A stretch of DNA of 45,599 bases from a virus (taxonomy: Duplodnaviria > Caudoviricetes): IMG/VR virus record IMGVR_UViG_3300022719_000041, positions 1 through 45,599 of that record; one strand, given 5' to 3'. Below the pieces are notes generated by a model. The model worked only from the letters and a program-made list of their open reading frames with translations. It searched no databases and was not told the origin of the DNA. Made by a program: the position numbers and the translations under genes. Within the stretch, counting starts at the first letter, position 1, and each line of letters opens with the position of its first letter. Positions 44,816 to 45,599 of this stretch are shown here, piece after piece.

Positions 44816-45599
44816 AAGATACGAAAAGCCTCGTGGCCTATAAGGGTTTTGATCACGACCTCAAATGTCGTGGCATGCAGTACGAGATCGGCGGCACGTA
44901 CACCGTCGATGGCCCGATTGAGATTTGCCGCAACGGACTGCACGCCTGCGAGCACCCGTTCGACGTGTTCACTTACTACCCGCCCGCCGATAGCCGGTAC
45001 GCATCTGTCGCGGCGTCGGGCGAGATCATGCATCACGAAGACGGGGATACGAAGATTGCCGCCGCGCGGTTGACGATCACCGCAGAGATCAGCCTGCACG
45101 ACATGATCGGTGCAGCGGTCAAGTGGATTTTTGATCGCGTGGACTGGAAGAAAGGCGCGAGCGTCAAGGCTAATTGTGCCGGGGCAAGGAATGATGCCTA
45201 CCAGGGCGCTGCGTCGTCGACGGGAGACCGGGGCGCTGCGTCGTCGACGGGATACCAGGGCGCTGCGTCGTCGACGGGAGACCGGGGCGCTGCGTCGTCG
45301 ACGGGAGTCCGGGGCGCTGCGTCGTCGACGGGAGACCGGGGCGCTGCGTCGTCGACGGGATACCAGGGCGCTGCGTCGTCGACGGGAGACCGGGGCGCTG
45401 CGTCGTCGACGGGAGTCCGGGGCGCTGCGTCGTCGACGGGATACCGGGGCGCTGCGTCGTCGACGGGATACCAGGGCGCTGCGTCGTCGACGGGAGTCCG
45501 GGGCGCTGCGTCGTCGACGGGAGACCGGGGCGCTGCGTCGTCGACGGGATACCAGGGCGCTGCGTCGTCGACGGGAGACCGGGGCGCTGCGTCGTCGAC
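44812..45599 (+). CDS. Early phage protein (AYKGFD..LKCR..GLHAC domain) with 9-aa repeats; truncated by window end, absent from the ORF track
   Basis: ATGA coupling; MKDTKSLVAYKGFDHDLKCRGMQYEIG...then (xxGAASSTG)n. Confidence 0.85.
   Translation, partial: MKDTKSLVAYKGFDHDLKCRGMQYEIGGTYTVDGPIEICRNGLHACEHPFDVFTYYPPADSRYASVAASGEIMHHEDGDTKIAAARLTITAEISLHDMIGAAVKWIFDRVDWKKGASVKANCAGARNDAYQGAASSTGDRGAASSTGYQGAASSTGDRGAASSTGVRGAASSTGDRGAASSTGYQGAASSTGDRGAASSTGVRGAASSTGYRGAASSTGYQGAASSTGVRGAASSTGDRGAASSTGYQGAASSTGDRGAASS
45199..45599 (+). repeat. 27-bp coding tandem repeat, about 15 copies
   Basis: Invariant GGCGCTGCGTCGTCGACGGGA plus a variable hexamer (TACCAG, GACCGG, GTCCGG, TACCGG). Confidence 0.95.

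Larger units (their letters stand above)
293..45599. mobile_element. Temperate podovirus-like prophage (lambdoid control region, N4-gp56-type capsid, P22-like terminase and portal); right end outside window
   Basis: Continuous phage gene order from tail fibres to cI/cro and the early operon, beginning at a disrupted tRNA. Confidence 0.95.

Noticed and set aside
45199-45599. CRISPR array
   Set aside because: Variable parts are only 6 bp and recur, the period is 27 bp in frame within a CDS, and there are no cas genes

Overview
Left end and about 45 kb of a temperate podovirus-like prophage in a GC-rich, probably gammaproteobacterial host. Positions 1-292 are host DNA: the 3' end of a gene, a sigma70 promoter and a tRNA-Phe(GAA) that breaks off just after the anticodon arm, marking the att junction. 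The minus strand carries, right to left: cro, cII-like, replication initiator and loader, nin-like accessory genes, RusA-like resolvase, possible Q, GIY-YIG, lysis cassette (lipoprotein, holin, SLT endolysin, spanins), terminases, portal, scaffold, N4-gp56-type capsid, adaptor and nozzle, ejection proteins, a 3140-aa polyvalent protein and tail-fibre genes. The plus strand carries a cI-like repressor and the start of the early-left operon, ending in a 27-bp coding repeat. No integrase is inside the window. The most unusual element is the 9.4-kb polyvalent gene. It strings together ART-, GNAT-, BECR-RNase- and zincin-like modules separated by recurring R-[YF]-S motifs. Its linkers also hide two +1-frame small genes with their own RBS and an antisense sigma70 promoter pointing into a ~145-nt highly structured sequence next to the RNase-like module. 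All family calls come from motif recognition by eye, not database searches.
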